A DNA stretch of 64,000 bases from Callorhinchus milii (Eukaryota): positions 113,834,001-113,898,000 of the forward strand of contig NW_024704742.1 of NCBI RefSeq assembly GCF_018977255.1, in the 5' to 3' direction. The position numbers were made by a program, and so were the translations under genes. Position 1 is the stretch's first letter. Every line of letters begins with the position of its first letter. Shown here piece by piece: positions 24,401 through 36,710 of this stretch. A model generated the notes under the pieces. It was not told where the DNA came from and did not search any database. It worked only from the letters and a program-made list of their open reading frames with translations.

Positions 24401-26762
24401 ATTTTTGTCCATGAATACCCACACAATGTTGAGTTTATTAATATAAAACATAGCTGAGAGAGCTCACATGTTTATGAGACAAAGGGATCTTTAATTGGGT
24501 TTGCAGACTATCTTGAGTGGTTCCCTTTGCAAGACATTTTTCTCCAGTATACTTTTGTATTTTTTAGAAACCAATAGTCTGCTAGCAGCCCCTATATAGC
24601 ATGAAACAGTATTGTATTTCTGTTTGTAATCAATAAATTGGATTTTGCCCACAAAAATTATATATACAGCCAATTCACTTGACAGTATATTCTGTGAAGC
24701 GCTTTTGAGACATATCAAAGACATGATAAGGCGCTACATCAAATGCAAGGATTATTATTTAAGAGATTGACTTTAAGGATACAATAACAAGAGAAAGCTA
24801 ATTGTTTATGTTACTAGCATTTCCTTTAAAGTATCCATAGCCAGGGTGAAATCTTAGGCAAGTTTTCTTACTCTACACACCCAATAATAATCCCTCAAAA
24901 AACAATTGGTCATTTCAATCCACGACTGTTTGTGGGACACTGCTGTGTGCAATTGGCTGCTGCGTTTCGCCCACAAATATGCAGTCAATTCACTTTACAG
25001 TCTGTTCTGTGAAACGCTTTGAGATGTCTAGAAGATGTGAAAAGCACTATATCAAATGCAAGGATTATTATTATTATAGCCTTGAGCTTTCTTGGTCAAA
25101 ATCTTCTTATGCATTCCTCTTGGAGCCACATATAAAGAGGGGTTGCAATGGGATTTGTTCACAATATTATACAACTATTTTTACAATTCCCACCTCAAGA
25201 CCTAATGCTTTGACTGCACTTATGGGCACGTCACTTCTCTATTCTCCCTTGCTTGGTGTCTAACCCTGCTACTGGTCCGTGAATTGATGGTGCAGAAATG
25301 CCCAAGATGTTGCAAGGTCACTGGGCGAGGGATTAGTAAAATTCTACAAAATGTTCTGAAATAAATAACTGACTAGTACTGTGTCCAATACTCATTTTTA
25401 GTAAATTATGTTGGAAGCTTCAACTAAAATGCGAACAACAACGCAGAACTGCTGCAATCAGAATAGCATTTCAAACTTGGATTTGCATTTGAGTTTTCAT
25501 TGTCATTGATAAGATCAGGAGAAGAATAAATGTTTATTTTGGATGAGTAGTATATGCTAAGACCATGTAGGAATGTAATTACAAAAAAATTGCAATCCAT
25601 CTGGCTGGTTCCACAGCTATCAAATAGTGACAGCAGTGCCTTGTATGCTGCAGAGCTGCCACTGAGATTATAATAAATCAATGCTTTTCTGTGGTTGGCT
25701 CAAATGATATTGGTAGAGGGCTTCAAGCACGTTGTCCATTGAATTTCTCAGCTAGTGAGTGGTGTACAAAATACTCAGAGCTGTGGGGGTCAGAATGCAA
25801 TCTGTAAATGACAGTATTACAGTGCCAAGAAGTTAATTTGGAAGCACGTCTGCAGGTTTGGCTGATTGATGAAACCCTTGAAGTACCTATATGTTTGTTT
25901 TTTGATTAGCTGGGTGTCTTGACACATTCAGAAACCTATCACCGTGCTTTAGCATATCCAAACCAAGCTGAGGTTTCCATGCATCCCACCTACTCATGAA
26001 AATCCTGAGATAGATCCTGAAGTAATCGTTTTCAAATCACTTCATTCCCTCGCACCTCCCTACCTATCTGACCTGCTTACCCCCCACTCCACCACCTGCT
26101 GCCTCTGCTCAACTGGCTCCAGCCTCCTAATTGTCGCTCGTGCCCTCCGCTCCACCATCGGTGGCCGTGCCTTAAGCCATTACGCCCGAAAACTCTGGAA
26201 CTCTCAAATCTTGCATAAGACCTTCCTTTTTGATCGTGCTTACGATCACCTCCCCCCTCCCTCTAATAATAATAATCCTTGCATTTGATATAGCGCTTTT
26301 CACGTCTTTTAGACGTCCCAAAGCGCTTCACAGAATATACTGTAAAGTGAATTGACTGTATATTTGTGGGCGAACGGCTCGTTGGCAGACTCTGCCATTG
26401 TGAAGAGCTCCAGGATGCTACCCCACGTAAAGGGCACTACATAAATGCATGTTGTTGTTGTAGATTGTTGGAATAGAATGTGCACTCTCTCCCTGGAGAG
26501 GTTACTGCTTACTGCTTACCTAAATCCGGAAAATATTTGGCTCAGCAGCTTAATTTGTTGAGAAGCAATTTGAAATTTACATGTAACAATTAAGAAATAG
26601 GTGTAAGGAAATTGCTAGTTTGAGGCTATATATTCAGCACCTTGGGATGTCCTCTTGATGTGAAAGGTGCTATAAAATGTAATTTTGCATTGTATTTATG
26701 AATGGCAACCATTCATTTTGCTTTTGGACGTCAACTTGTTTGTCTTTGTCTCTTCCTCATAG

Positions 26763-26833
26763 GTGAACGAAAAAGCCCTTATGTCGCTATATGTTGTATC
26801 GTGATGGCATTCAGTATTCTCTTTGTACAGTGA
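26763..26833 (+). CDS. TMEM167A: TMEM167A last coding exon
   Basis: tcttcctcatAG|GT GAA CGA...CAG TGA; (G)ERKSPYVAICCIVMAFSILFVQ*. ATG+110+35+71 nt = 219 nt = 72 aa plus stop, the expected kish-A length. Confidence 0.96.
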
Positions 26834-27140
26834 CAAATCAGCAGTTTGGAGGGGAGGCACAATGGATGAAAGGACATTGGTAGAACACCAAAAAACTTGA
26901 ACTTTTATAAATGTAAAACTGATCTGGGAATGGGCATTCCTACAACTTCCAGAATCCATGTTGTGTTTTTCACATTGCAAGTGTTTCCAAATCTTGTTAC
27001 TGGACCAAGGCTGAAAGACCTGGGATGGAGTTCCAGCATGCCTGAATCTGCTAAAGGACAAGAGTTGAGAGTAAGTGTAGCTGATGGAGGAACCAGCTAA
27101 TTGGTTGTCAGCTGTGTGTAACTGTCCACACTGTATTGCC

Positions 27141-27146
27141 AATAAA
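27141..27146 (+). promoter_or_regulatory. Candidate polyadenylation signal of TMEM167A
   Basis: First AATAAA about 310 nt after the stop codon; usage not demonstrable from sequence. Confidence 0.4.
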
Positions 27147-27372
27147 ATAACTACTTGACAGCAGCAGTTTACTTTCTTTAATTGAAAAACTGAAATCTTC
27201 AAAGTTTTACATCTGAAAGCTTTTTAAAAATTCTCTACTTTATCATGACAAAGTATCAGCCTTGTGCATAACATCTTAATTCTGGAAAACAAAGATACAA
27301 GATATCATTCCAGTATGTGGATAATGGCTATTGCATTGTCAACTTGTTTTTGAGTGTGATTTATCACCTTGT

Positions 27373-27694
27373 GGAGTCCTGTAGCTCAGTGGTTAGAGCA
27401 CTCGCTTTGCAAGCGAGAGACCTGAGTTCAATTCCAGGCAGAGGGCGAAACCTTGGGCAAGTTTCCTTACTCCACACAGAGCCTAATAATAATCCCTCCG
27501 AAAACCAAAAACAACAATAAATTGGTCATTTTCAATCTACGACTGTTTGTGGGACATTGCTGTGCGCAATTGGCTGCCGCGTTCGCCCACAAATATACAG
27601 TCAATTCACTTTACAGTGTGTTCTGTGAAGCGCTTTGGGACGTCCTCCTGACGTGAAAAGCGCTATATCAAATGCAAGGATTATTATTATTATT
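27373..27694 (+). mobile_element. Full-length tRNA-derived SINE, same family
   Basis: Head, body and (ATT)n tail near-identical to the other copies. Confidence 0.92.
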
Positions 27695-28226
27695 GTAGAA
27701 AAAAACAATGCCTCTGATGATGATGCTCCATGTTTAATGTGCATTTATCTTGATGGGTTTTTCAATCAGTTATATTCTAACTGAAAAGTATAACTGCTGC
27801 TCTTGTTCCTGATTTCTAGCTTTCAGATGTAAAACAGTTATTGAATGTTACTTTTATCATTTGAGCACCAGAGGTCCTATCAAGTCTGAGCATTAGAACA
27901 GTTTTGTTTTAAACGTTTCATTTTAACAACTGCTGGAAAATGACTTCCGCATTGACTAAATTTAACAACATTGTACTCTTCTGCAGGATCTTACGTTTTA
28001 AGACAGAATGCACTTGCAGGTTAGTTATAGGTAGAATAGCAGGATTTCAGATTACAAGCAGTGAACAAATTATCACAAAAAAAGCTAGTCCTGCTACATC
28101 TTCTCAATAAAGCTGCTTTACCAGATACATTTAAAAAAGATTTAAGTCTAAACTCCCCTTTCCAGCTTCCATTGCATCTTCCCTTTTACCAATAATGGGG
28201 CAAGTACTCGAGATTAAAGGTACTTC

Positions 28227-28329
28227 TTTCCCTTCAACACCAAAGTAATTTAACAAATGATTGGAAACTGAGTAACAGTTTCCCTTCAACACCAACGTAA
28301 TTTAACAAATGATTGGAAACTGAGTAACA
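28227..28329. repeat. Tandem duplication, 52-bp period x2
   Basis: TTTCCCTTCAACACCAA(A/C)GTAATTTAACAAATGATTGGAAACTGAGTAACA twice, one mismatch. Confidence 0.95.
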
Positions 28330-28857
28330 AACTCATTGACCAGCAAAATAGAGGAAAGTAGCTAACAGGGTTCCATCCTTTGGGCCATGGAATGGAACAT
28401 GCAAGACAAAAATAAGCATTATATCGGTAAATGTAGTTATCTTCAGATGAAAGATTCCAACCTCACTGTAATGTGAAGCATTTGAGCAGCTGTGAGACCA
28501 AAGTCCAATCAGATTTTAAACAGTGCCGCTTAAATCATTTTACATGTGAACAAGAACTCCTCAGTCTATTGTACATATTCTACCAGAGCTAAGGACAATT
28601 TCTCGACAAACCTGGTTATGTACAAAAAGGGTTTAAGTTAGAACACCATTCACTATATAAAGTGATATAGTGTTTTTCATTCAACAGAACATCTCAATGC
28701 ATGTCACAGGACTTACTGTAAAGGAAATTTGAGTTCTGATTCCTTACATTAACAGACACCATCCCAAGATAGCATAACCATCAACCAGCAAAATCCTTCA
28801 CTCTTCCCCCAACAATGCACTTCAATCTGAGTCAACAGAAAGCATCATCTAATTGCA

Positions 28858-29175
28858 TTAATAATAATAATAATCCTTGCATTTGATATAGCGCTTTTCA
28901 CGTCGGGAGGACGTCCCAAAGTGCTTCACAGAACACACTGTAAAGTGAATTGACTGTACATTTGTGGGCAAACGCGGCAGCCAATTGCGCACAGCAATGT
29001 CCCACAAACAGTCGCAGATTGAAAATGACCAATTTATTATTGTTTTTGGTTTTGGAGGGATTATTATTAGGCGTGTGGAGTAAGGAAACTTGCCCAAGGT
29101 TTCGCCCTGCCTGGAATTGAACTCAGGTCTCTCGCTTGCAAAGCGAGTGCTCTAACCACTGAGCTACAGGACTCC
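28858..29175 (-). mobile_element. Full-length tRNA-derived SINE, same family
   Basis: Reverse-complement match to 27373-27694. Confidence 0.92.
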
Positions 29176-29719
29176 ACAAATACTCTCAAGGGGAAAACTA
29201 AGTCCCGTAGATATTTCATCTGGGCAGCATCAAATGTTGTTGATCCACCTGTGAAAAAATGCATCTGATAAATATTAGGAAACAATCTAATTTGTCTCAA
29301 TTATTAAACAGTAATCTTTTCAGATAACTTTCATATAATTTCCATAACATTTCATTAACGATTTAAGCTTGACAGAGGCTATCAATATTTGCTAAGCTCC
29401 TGCAGCCAGACTTGCAACATTTCCTGTTCTCTGGAGAGAATTAAAGATACCTTGGTGCTTTACAGATCCAAATTTTGGAATGTGTCTTTACAATGCAATG
29501 AATGGCCCAGGAAGCAATGTGGAAAATGTGCAGTGAAATTAGCTCCTCAATTTGATATTGTTCCATGTTGTTTTATTTTGCAATATAATTGGAGCTAATT
29601 CTGGTGCCACTAAGGCAAAGTTAAACAGAAATTGAAAAGAAAGGGCACTTACAAATATTTTTAAAACAAGTCTTTCATTGCTTATATATTGGGCAGTGCT
29701 GATGACAGAGGCAGCATGG

Positions 29720-30140
29720 CTCACTGGCAGGACTTGGAAAGTCGACTGCAGTCCGGGATTCTTCCCACTGAACTCCTGTTAACCCTGCAATCCCAAATCC
29801 AAATGGAAAGGGTGGTTCCAGCTGGATGAACAGTGGGAAGTTTGCAAGACAGTGCTCTCTAATGAAAAGCCACCAGGTTTTAGCTTGTTAAAAGCCAACA
29901 CTAATCCAACCACACTCTGGAGTCCCCAAGTCTTGATTCTCACCGTCTTGTGCTGAATACTCCCTGGAATTAGGTAAGCAGGGGGCATCCCTTCAGGGAG
30001 AGAGTGCCCATTTCAATCCAGATATAGAGAAATGTCCATGTGTAGGTAGCGTACATATGTGGAATTCTCAGTCCATTTTGGATACTGTTAAGCATGAGGA
30101 TGGGTTTCCGTATGTATCAGACACCCAACTGACCAAAAAT
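29720..30140. repeat. Unclassified interspersed repeat family
   Basis: Shared core (GGAGAGAGT...TGGAATTCTCAGT...TCAGACACCC) also at about 21960-22330, and inverted at 25895-26545 (split), 50308-50465 and 60185-60280. Confidence 0.7.
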
Positions 30141-31396
30141 ACACAAAATATTTTGGGGCTAATTCTGCAGGTTCTCAAACGTGTGTGTGGTCATTCCAAT
30201 GGAACCCAACTCTGAAGGAATTTCTAGTTTTTACATCTTTAAATCCAAGTTGTAGTTAAAAAAAACTACTGGCGTCTGGCAAGAATTTGGCATTGATCAG
30301 TGGCATTGGAGTAGAGTTCCAGGGGGACATCTTGAGAGTAACAGAGGCATAGACAGCAGGTGGCTGGGCCTGGAAGGGACTCAGCCCCCTCCACTAAATC
30401 TATCTACTGCTCACTTCTTTAAGGGGAGCTGAGAGATGAAAGCGCTGAGGGGGACCATAGCCAGTCTGAGTAGCCCCAACCCACGGGTTCCCTTTTGCCT
30501 CTCCCAACTCAAAGATGGTACATCACTTCTGATTGGCCAGTGGATCTGTCATCAAGCCAACGGTTCGCCTGTCTTAAGACGGACCAACCCTTTAACCAAG
30601 TTTTACTCAGAACCCCCCAAGAATATTTTCATCTACCGCTTATTTACAAATTATTTTGCAAATCTCACAAATTAAACCCCACTGTCATATTTATTTGCAG
30701 TATGCATTATTTATTCAAAGGATATTAATGCTCCAACATTCTCCAATTTATCTATGAAAGCATATTATGAACACAGCACTAGACTTGTTTTTATTTTATG
30801 AAATGTTTTCCTCCTATTAAAGAATTATACGTTTGATTGTAATCTGATTTTCACTTCCTTATTTTCCTTTGTTAAACAAACCTCTTCATTCCAATCAACT
30901 CATGATCCATGTAGTCATTTACTGACAAATGCACAATCGATACACTTCAGAGCAAAATTCTGTGAAGCGCTTTGAGATGTTTCAATTATGTAATAATTAG
31001 TTGCAAGGAATAGTATATTATTAAGGGACTGCAGAACATTATTTCTTGGGACTAAATTTATCATCCATATTGATGTAGCAATTGTTGTTTTAAAAGGGAA
31101 CAATTTATGAGGTTTCTTTGGCGTGCACTCCACTATGCAGATTCCCAAAGTTGAAATCTCCAACTTAAAACAGCAACTGGTGATTGTATTCCAGATCTAG
31201 ACAAATGATAAGCTTCTGGGAGAATTCCCTTTGGCGCCGACTTCACATATACCAATATAATCCAGATAAAACCTGAAAGCCAAAGACACATATGTCTGCC
31301 AACTTATGTGCTGTTACAAATCACAACTGAATATGATCTATAGGTATAATTTCAGCATTAAAGTTTCAATATATACCTTGCTATCTATTCTACAAC

Positions 31397-32660
31397 GACA
31401 ACAAAGTTACATTTGTAAAGCGCCTTTCAGGTCTGGAGGATGTCCCAAGGCGCTGGACAGAAAAGAGTTACGGACCCGAGCTGGGGGTCGGGGTGGGGGA
31501 GGGTGGAGGATGGAGGGAAGTAGGGAGATCGAAAGCACGGTCTTGAGATGAGACTTGAAGGTGGCAAGGAAGGGGGCGAGGTGGAGGGACTGCAGGATGG
31601 AGAGGGTGGGGACAGAGTGGCAGAAGGCCTGCCAGGCAATAGTGAGGCGAGCAAGTCGGGACGTGGAGCAGGCTGGAGCCCACTTAGCAAACAGGATGTA
31701 AGGGGTTAGGAGGTCGCAGAGGTAGGGGGAGCAAAACCATGGAGGGCTTTGAAGGTGAGGACCAGGATCTTGAACTGTATCTTCTTGTGTAATCGGAAGC
31801 CAGTGGAGTTTGGCAAGGATGGAGATGATAGGGTCACAGAGCCTGGTGCGGGAGAGGACATGGGTTGCAGAATGCTGGATGATCTGCAGCCTGTCAAGGG
31901 AGGAGTTGGGGAGGTCGACAAGCAGTGAGTTTGCATAGTCGAGCCTCGATGTAATGAAAGCATGTTGTGGAGGTGGGGGAAGGCAGAGCTGATTATGGCG
32001 CAGATGTGGCGTAGAAAGGATAGTTGAGGGTCAAACAAGACCCCAAGGTTCCGGACTGGCTTAGCAAGGTGGAGTGGGAAACCATGGATGGAGATGCTGC
32101 CAATCAGGAGACCTCGGTCTTGCTACTTTCAACTGAGGAAAGTTAGCTCTCATCCAGGACTTGATGTCCGACAGACATTCTGTCAGCACAGCAGTGGTCC
32201 TGGAGTCGAGGGTGGAGGCAGAGAGATACAGTTGAGTGTCATCCGCATACATGTGGAAGTTGACTCCATGTCTGCGGATGATGTCACCAAGAGGGAGCAT
32301 ATAGATATTGAAGAGGAGGGAACCAAGGACGGAGCCCTGAGGAACGCCGCACGAGATGGTCCGGGGGCTAGAGGAGAAGCCGTTTGTGGAGATGAAGTGC
32401 AGGCTGTATGAGAGGTACGACCTGAACCAGTCAAGGACAGTGGACGTTGAGGTGAGAGGAGAGTTGGTGGATGAGGATAGAGTGGTCGACAGTTTCCAAA
32501 GCAGCAGAGAGGTCGTGTTGGACGAGGAGGCAGAGGGAGCCCTGGTCGCAGATGGACAGAATGTCATTTGTCACTTTGACCAGGGCTGTTTCTGTGCTGT
32601 GGGTGGCACGGAGACCCGATTGGAGGGTTCAAGAAGGGAGTGGTGGGAGAGGAAGGAGTG
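31397..32660 (-). mobile_element. Degenerate L2 LINE RT fragment
   Basis: ORF 32061-32567 with [10 protein letters not shown] and [10 protein letters not shown]2-type 3' end near 31400-31460. Confidence 0.88.
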
Positions 32661-33988
32661 AAGCTGAGAATCTTTCTATTCCAATGATTTAGCACAGCCC
32701 AGTCTTGGGTTTGTAGACCATCTTCTCAGTCAGCCCATGATGAAGGCTCCTTCTACTTGTCCAATATCAATGTCAGGGTTCATACTGCAGGTCAGGAGGA
32801 AAGATGAATCGCTGTTAATTTTTCAGCACAGGCTGAGATGCCAATTCCACAGTAGGAGGTCACACAAACCCTGATCATTACTCACACAGAAACCAAGGTC
32901 TGTTTCTGACACACACTGCTCCTTTCACTCAACCATTGATTCTTCGGAACATTGTTAAAGTTAAGATCCCAGCAGCCTTAAACTTTCAAACCTAACATAT
33001 GTCCCAATTCAACTGTTCAATTCACAAAACAAAAAACTATAAATGAAATAATAATACTAATCCTTGCATTTGATATAGCGCCTTTCATGTTGGGAGGACG
33101 TCTCAAACAGTACCCAATTTGTGCACAGCACAAAAGTGAATAATCAATTTTATTCGGGGAATTGTTGGTGATTCTACCAGAAAAAAACTATATAAACGAA
33201 AAAAAATAGTATCATGGTATCTTTAACATCTATCTGAACAGGCAGATGGGACCTTGCTTTAACACTTCATCCAAAGGACAGCATCTTGAACAATGTAGCA
33301 CAACTATATTGGAGTGTCAGCTTGGACTATAAATTCAAAGTCCCGATGTGAGGCTTGAAACCACAACCTTTTGACTCAGAGGCAAGAGTGCTAAGGCACT
33401 GAACCAGGCTAACACCTGGAGAGGAGTGACTTTAAAAAAGGTACCTAAATGTTACAGAGATAAATCATGTGAGGTGTTAGTGCTTGGTATTATGGAACAC
33501 ATACGTAAATTTACAGGATATGTTTGCAAGCAGGCTGGCTAATTAATATTATTGTTGGAAACTTAAATGTTGTATAACAATAATCCTTGCATTTGATATA
33601 GGTCCTCATCATGTCTTTGAGACGTCTCAAAGCGCTTCACAGAACTGACTGTATATTTTGTGGGCAAAACGCGGCAGCCAATTGCGCACAGCAGTGTCCC
33701 ACAAGCAGTCGTGGATTCAGTGACCAAATTCATGTATGGACTTTGTGTATTGGATCGATAATTTAATCAATATTAGCCTGGTTGTTCTTGCCTGAGGCAC
33801 TGAGTTACATTCCTGGAGGTTATGTTTAATACTGTCATTTATAAAATAATAATAATAATAATGCTTCACACAATAATGAACATGTAGTGATTATTGTTAC
33901 GTTACACACTGTTTGTGCACTTTGACTGTACTGTACAGTGTATTCTGTGAAGTGCTTTGAGGCAATGCGAAAAGTGCTATATCAAAAG

Positions 33989-34936
33989 CAACAACAACAA
34001 GATTCCATTTATAAAGCACCTTTCACGTCAGGAGGACGTCCCAAGGCGCTGCACAGTTGGGTCATGACCCGAGCAGGGGGGAAATGGTCAGGGTGAGGGG
34101 AGGGAAGGGAGGGAGCGAGGAGGGGGGAAATGGTCAGGGTGAGGGGAGGGAAGGGAGGGAGCGAGGAGGGGGAAGAGAGTCGAGAGGGGAGCTGAAGGCT
34201 CGGTCAAAGAGAAAGGTTTTGAGACCGGCCTTGAAGGAGGAAAGGGAGGAGGCGGCGAAGGCACTGGGGGATAGAGTTCCAGAGCCTCGGGGCTGAGAGG
34301 CTGAAGTCCCGGCCACCGATGGTAGGGCGGTTGGGGCGGGGGACGTGGAACAGACCGGAGCCAGAGGAACGGAGGGTACGGGCGGGTAGGTAGGGGGATA
34401 GTAGGTTGGAGAGGTAGGAGGGAGCAAGGCCGTGAATGGCCTTGTAGGTGAGGATGAGGACCTTGAATTCGATCCTCTGGGGGATGGGGAGCCAGTGGAG
34501 GTGAGCGAGGGTGGGAGTGATGTGGTCCCGAAGCCTGGTGCGGGACAGTACACGAGCTGCAGAGTTCTGAATGACCTGCAGCTTGTGGAGGGAGGTGGCG
34601 GGAAGGCCGGCGAGGAGAGAGTTCCCATACTCCAGCCTTGAGGTGACAAAGGCGTGGACCAGGGTTTCAGCAGCGTGAGGGGTGAGGTAGTACCGTAGTC
34701 TGGCGATGTTCCGGAGGTGATGGAAGGCGGTGCCAGTTGTGGTGCGGATGTGAGGGAGAAAGGACAGCTCAGGGTCGAACAAAACGCCGAGGTTCCTGAC
34801 TGGCTTTGAGAGGTGGAGAGTGCAGCCTTGGATGCTGATGGTGTCGGCGCCTGAGGTGCGGAGGCGCTGACGTGAGCCAATCAGGCGGGCCTCGGTTTTT
34901 CGCACGTTGAGCTGAAGAAAGTTGTCTCTCGTCCAG
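33989..34936 (-). mobile_element. 5'-truncated young L2 LINE, same subfamily as the 15-18.8 kb copy
   Basis: Nearly identical by eye to 15107-16000; ORF 34204-34905 encodes the RT C-terminal region ([27 protein letters not shown]). Confidence 0.92.
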
Positions 34937-35800
34937 AGAGCAAAAGCAGAGATTTGTGGAATCCTGGGTTCGATTGGTTTGATTCCCAGCAGGGCGAAAT
35001 GTTGGGCCAGTTTCCTTACTCCACATGGCTCTGTTTACCTAGCAGTAAATAGGAATCTGGTCAGTAGTCAATTGACGGATCGCTTTTCCAGGGGTAATAA
35101 ATCCTTCAAAAAAAGTTAATAAATAATAATAAAAATTTGTTCACTCAATCCATCAGTGTTTGTGCGACACTGCTGTGTGCAATTGGCTGCCACGTTTCGC
35201 TCCACAAATATTACAGTCAATTCACTTTACAGCATATTCTGTGAAGCGCTTTGAGACGTCTAGAAGACGTGAAAAGCGCTATATCAAATGCAAGGATTAT
35301 TATTATTATTATTAATTACTATTATCAGCAAGCCTGTAATCTATACTGGCCCAGCAACAACCAGTGATTCAAATATACAAATATTATCCTTTCTTTTAGG
35401 TGAATTGAATGAGGAATATCAGGATATTTATCTATAAAACTTTCATTCATTAACATGTTTAGCTTAGGATGCGCACCGATATTGATGTCTTCAGCTGAGA
35501 TTTGTTTACCCTTGTCTCACTGCTTCCAATAAGTGCTTAGAGTGAAGTACATTCAGAGAATGCCATTTGTGACCTCTAACTTCTTTAGAATGTGAAGATA
35601 TAGACATTGTCTTTCCAAAGATAACATGGCCTCACAGGATTAGTATCTCAACTAAAGTACGTGATTGCCTCCTGAGATGTATGTAAATCCTTCTTATCTT
35701 GTCTCAATTACTTCTATAGACTTTTACATTTTAGAAACAGCGTGGATTCAACACACAACACTTAGTTAACAATCCCATTTAAATTCAGCAGAACACTTAC

Positions 35801-36000
35801 TGATGTAAGTGCATGTGATTTGACATTTGCCAACAGACTTTGTAAGTAATATTCCCAGTAGATTAATTTCTCAAACTTGTAACGGGTTTTACAAAAAGAA
35901 AAGGCAAGTTTCCAACAGGAAATGCTAAAATCTAATCTATTTCTAAGAAACTTAACAAGAATGCTCACTCCCTGTTCTAATGTATGTCTGCATTCAGCTC
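35801..36000 (-). pseudogene. Best-preserved exon of the putative decayed gene
   Basis: ccctccacAG|GA GCT GAA...ACA TCA|GTAAGT; 200 nt, fully open: AECRHTLEQGVSILVKFLRNRLDFSISCWKLAFSFCKTRYKFEKLIYWEYYLQSLLANVKSHALTS. Confidence 0.6.
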
Positions 36001-36261
36001 CTGTGGAGGGGCTCTTTCATTTTCTTTCTATTCTAACTAACATTGTGATAACGCACCAACCGTGAATAGCCAGTTTGCCCTTCTGGCTCTCAGACTTCAG
36101 AAAGGGTCAAATAATGCACATGCAAAGTTTGAAACTGACCTAAGAACAAATAAAATAAACTAGGCTTTATAACTAGTTATTCCGCAGTACTGTCTGCTCA
36201 GTGCCACGTACCTCTTGCAGGCAATGCATTTAACCCTTCAACCAACTGGTTTAGCAGTTTT

Positions 36262-36710
36262 TTTTGCTTGTCGGCCTCCCCAACTCCTCTCTCCATAGAC
36301 TGCAGATCATGCGGAACTCTGCAGCCTGTGTACTCTCCTGCACCAGGCTCCACAGCCTTATCATCCCCATTCTCGTCCGACTCCACTGGCTTCCCATCGC
36401 TCAGAGGATACAGTTCAAGATCCTGGTCCTCACTTCCAAAACCCTCCGTGGCCATGCTCTCCCCTACCTCTGTGACCTCCTAACCACCTACCAACCTGCC
36501 CGCTCCCTCAGCTTAGTGGGCTCCAGCCTGCTTCATGTCCCCCGCCTCACCCGCTCCACCATTGCCGGGGGCTCTTCAGCCACTCTTCTCCACCCTCTGG
36601 AACTCCATCCCACAGTCCCTCTGCCTCGCCCCCTCCCTTGCCTCCTTCAAGACCCATCTCTTGACCCTCCTCTGCAACCATGCTTTTGATCACCCTGCTT
36701 TCCCTGCTTG
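36262..36710 (+). mobile_element. L2 LINE 3' fragment
   Basis: [14 protein letters not shown]...LHWLPIAQRIQFKIL. Confidence 0.85.

Noticed and set aside
26696..27202. 168-aa minus-strand ORF
   Set aside because: Antisense to the TMEM167A last exon and UTR; no recognisable domain.
27373..27445. tRNA-like heads with TTGCAAG loop (six copies)
   Set aside because: Each continues into a common SINE body and (ATT)n tail and lacks a proper acceptor stem; SINE heads, not tRNA genes.
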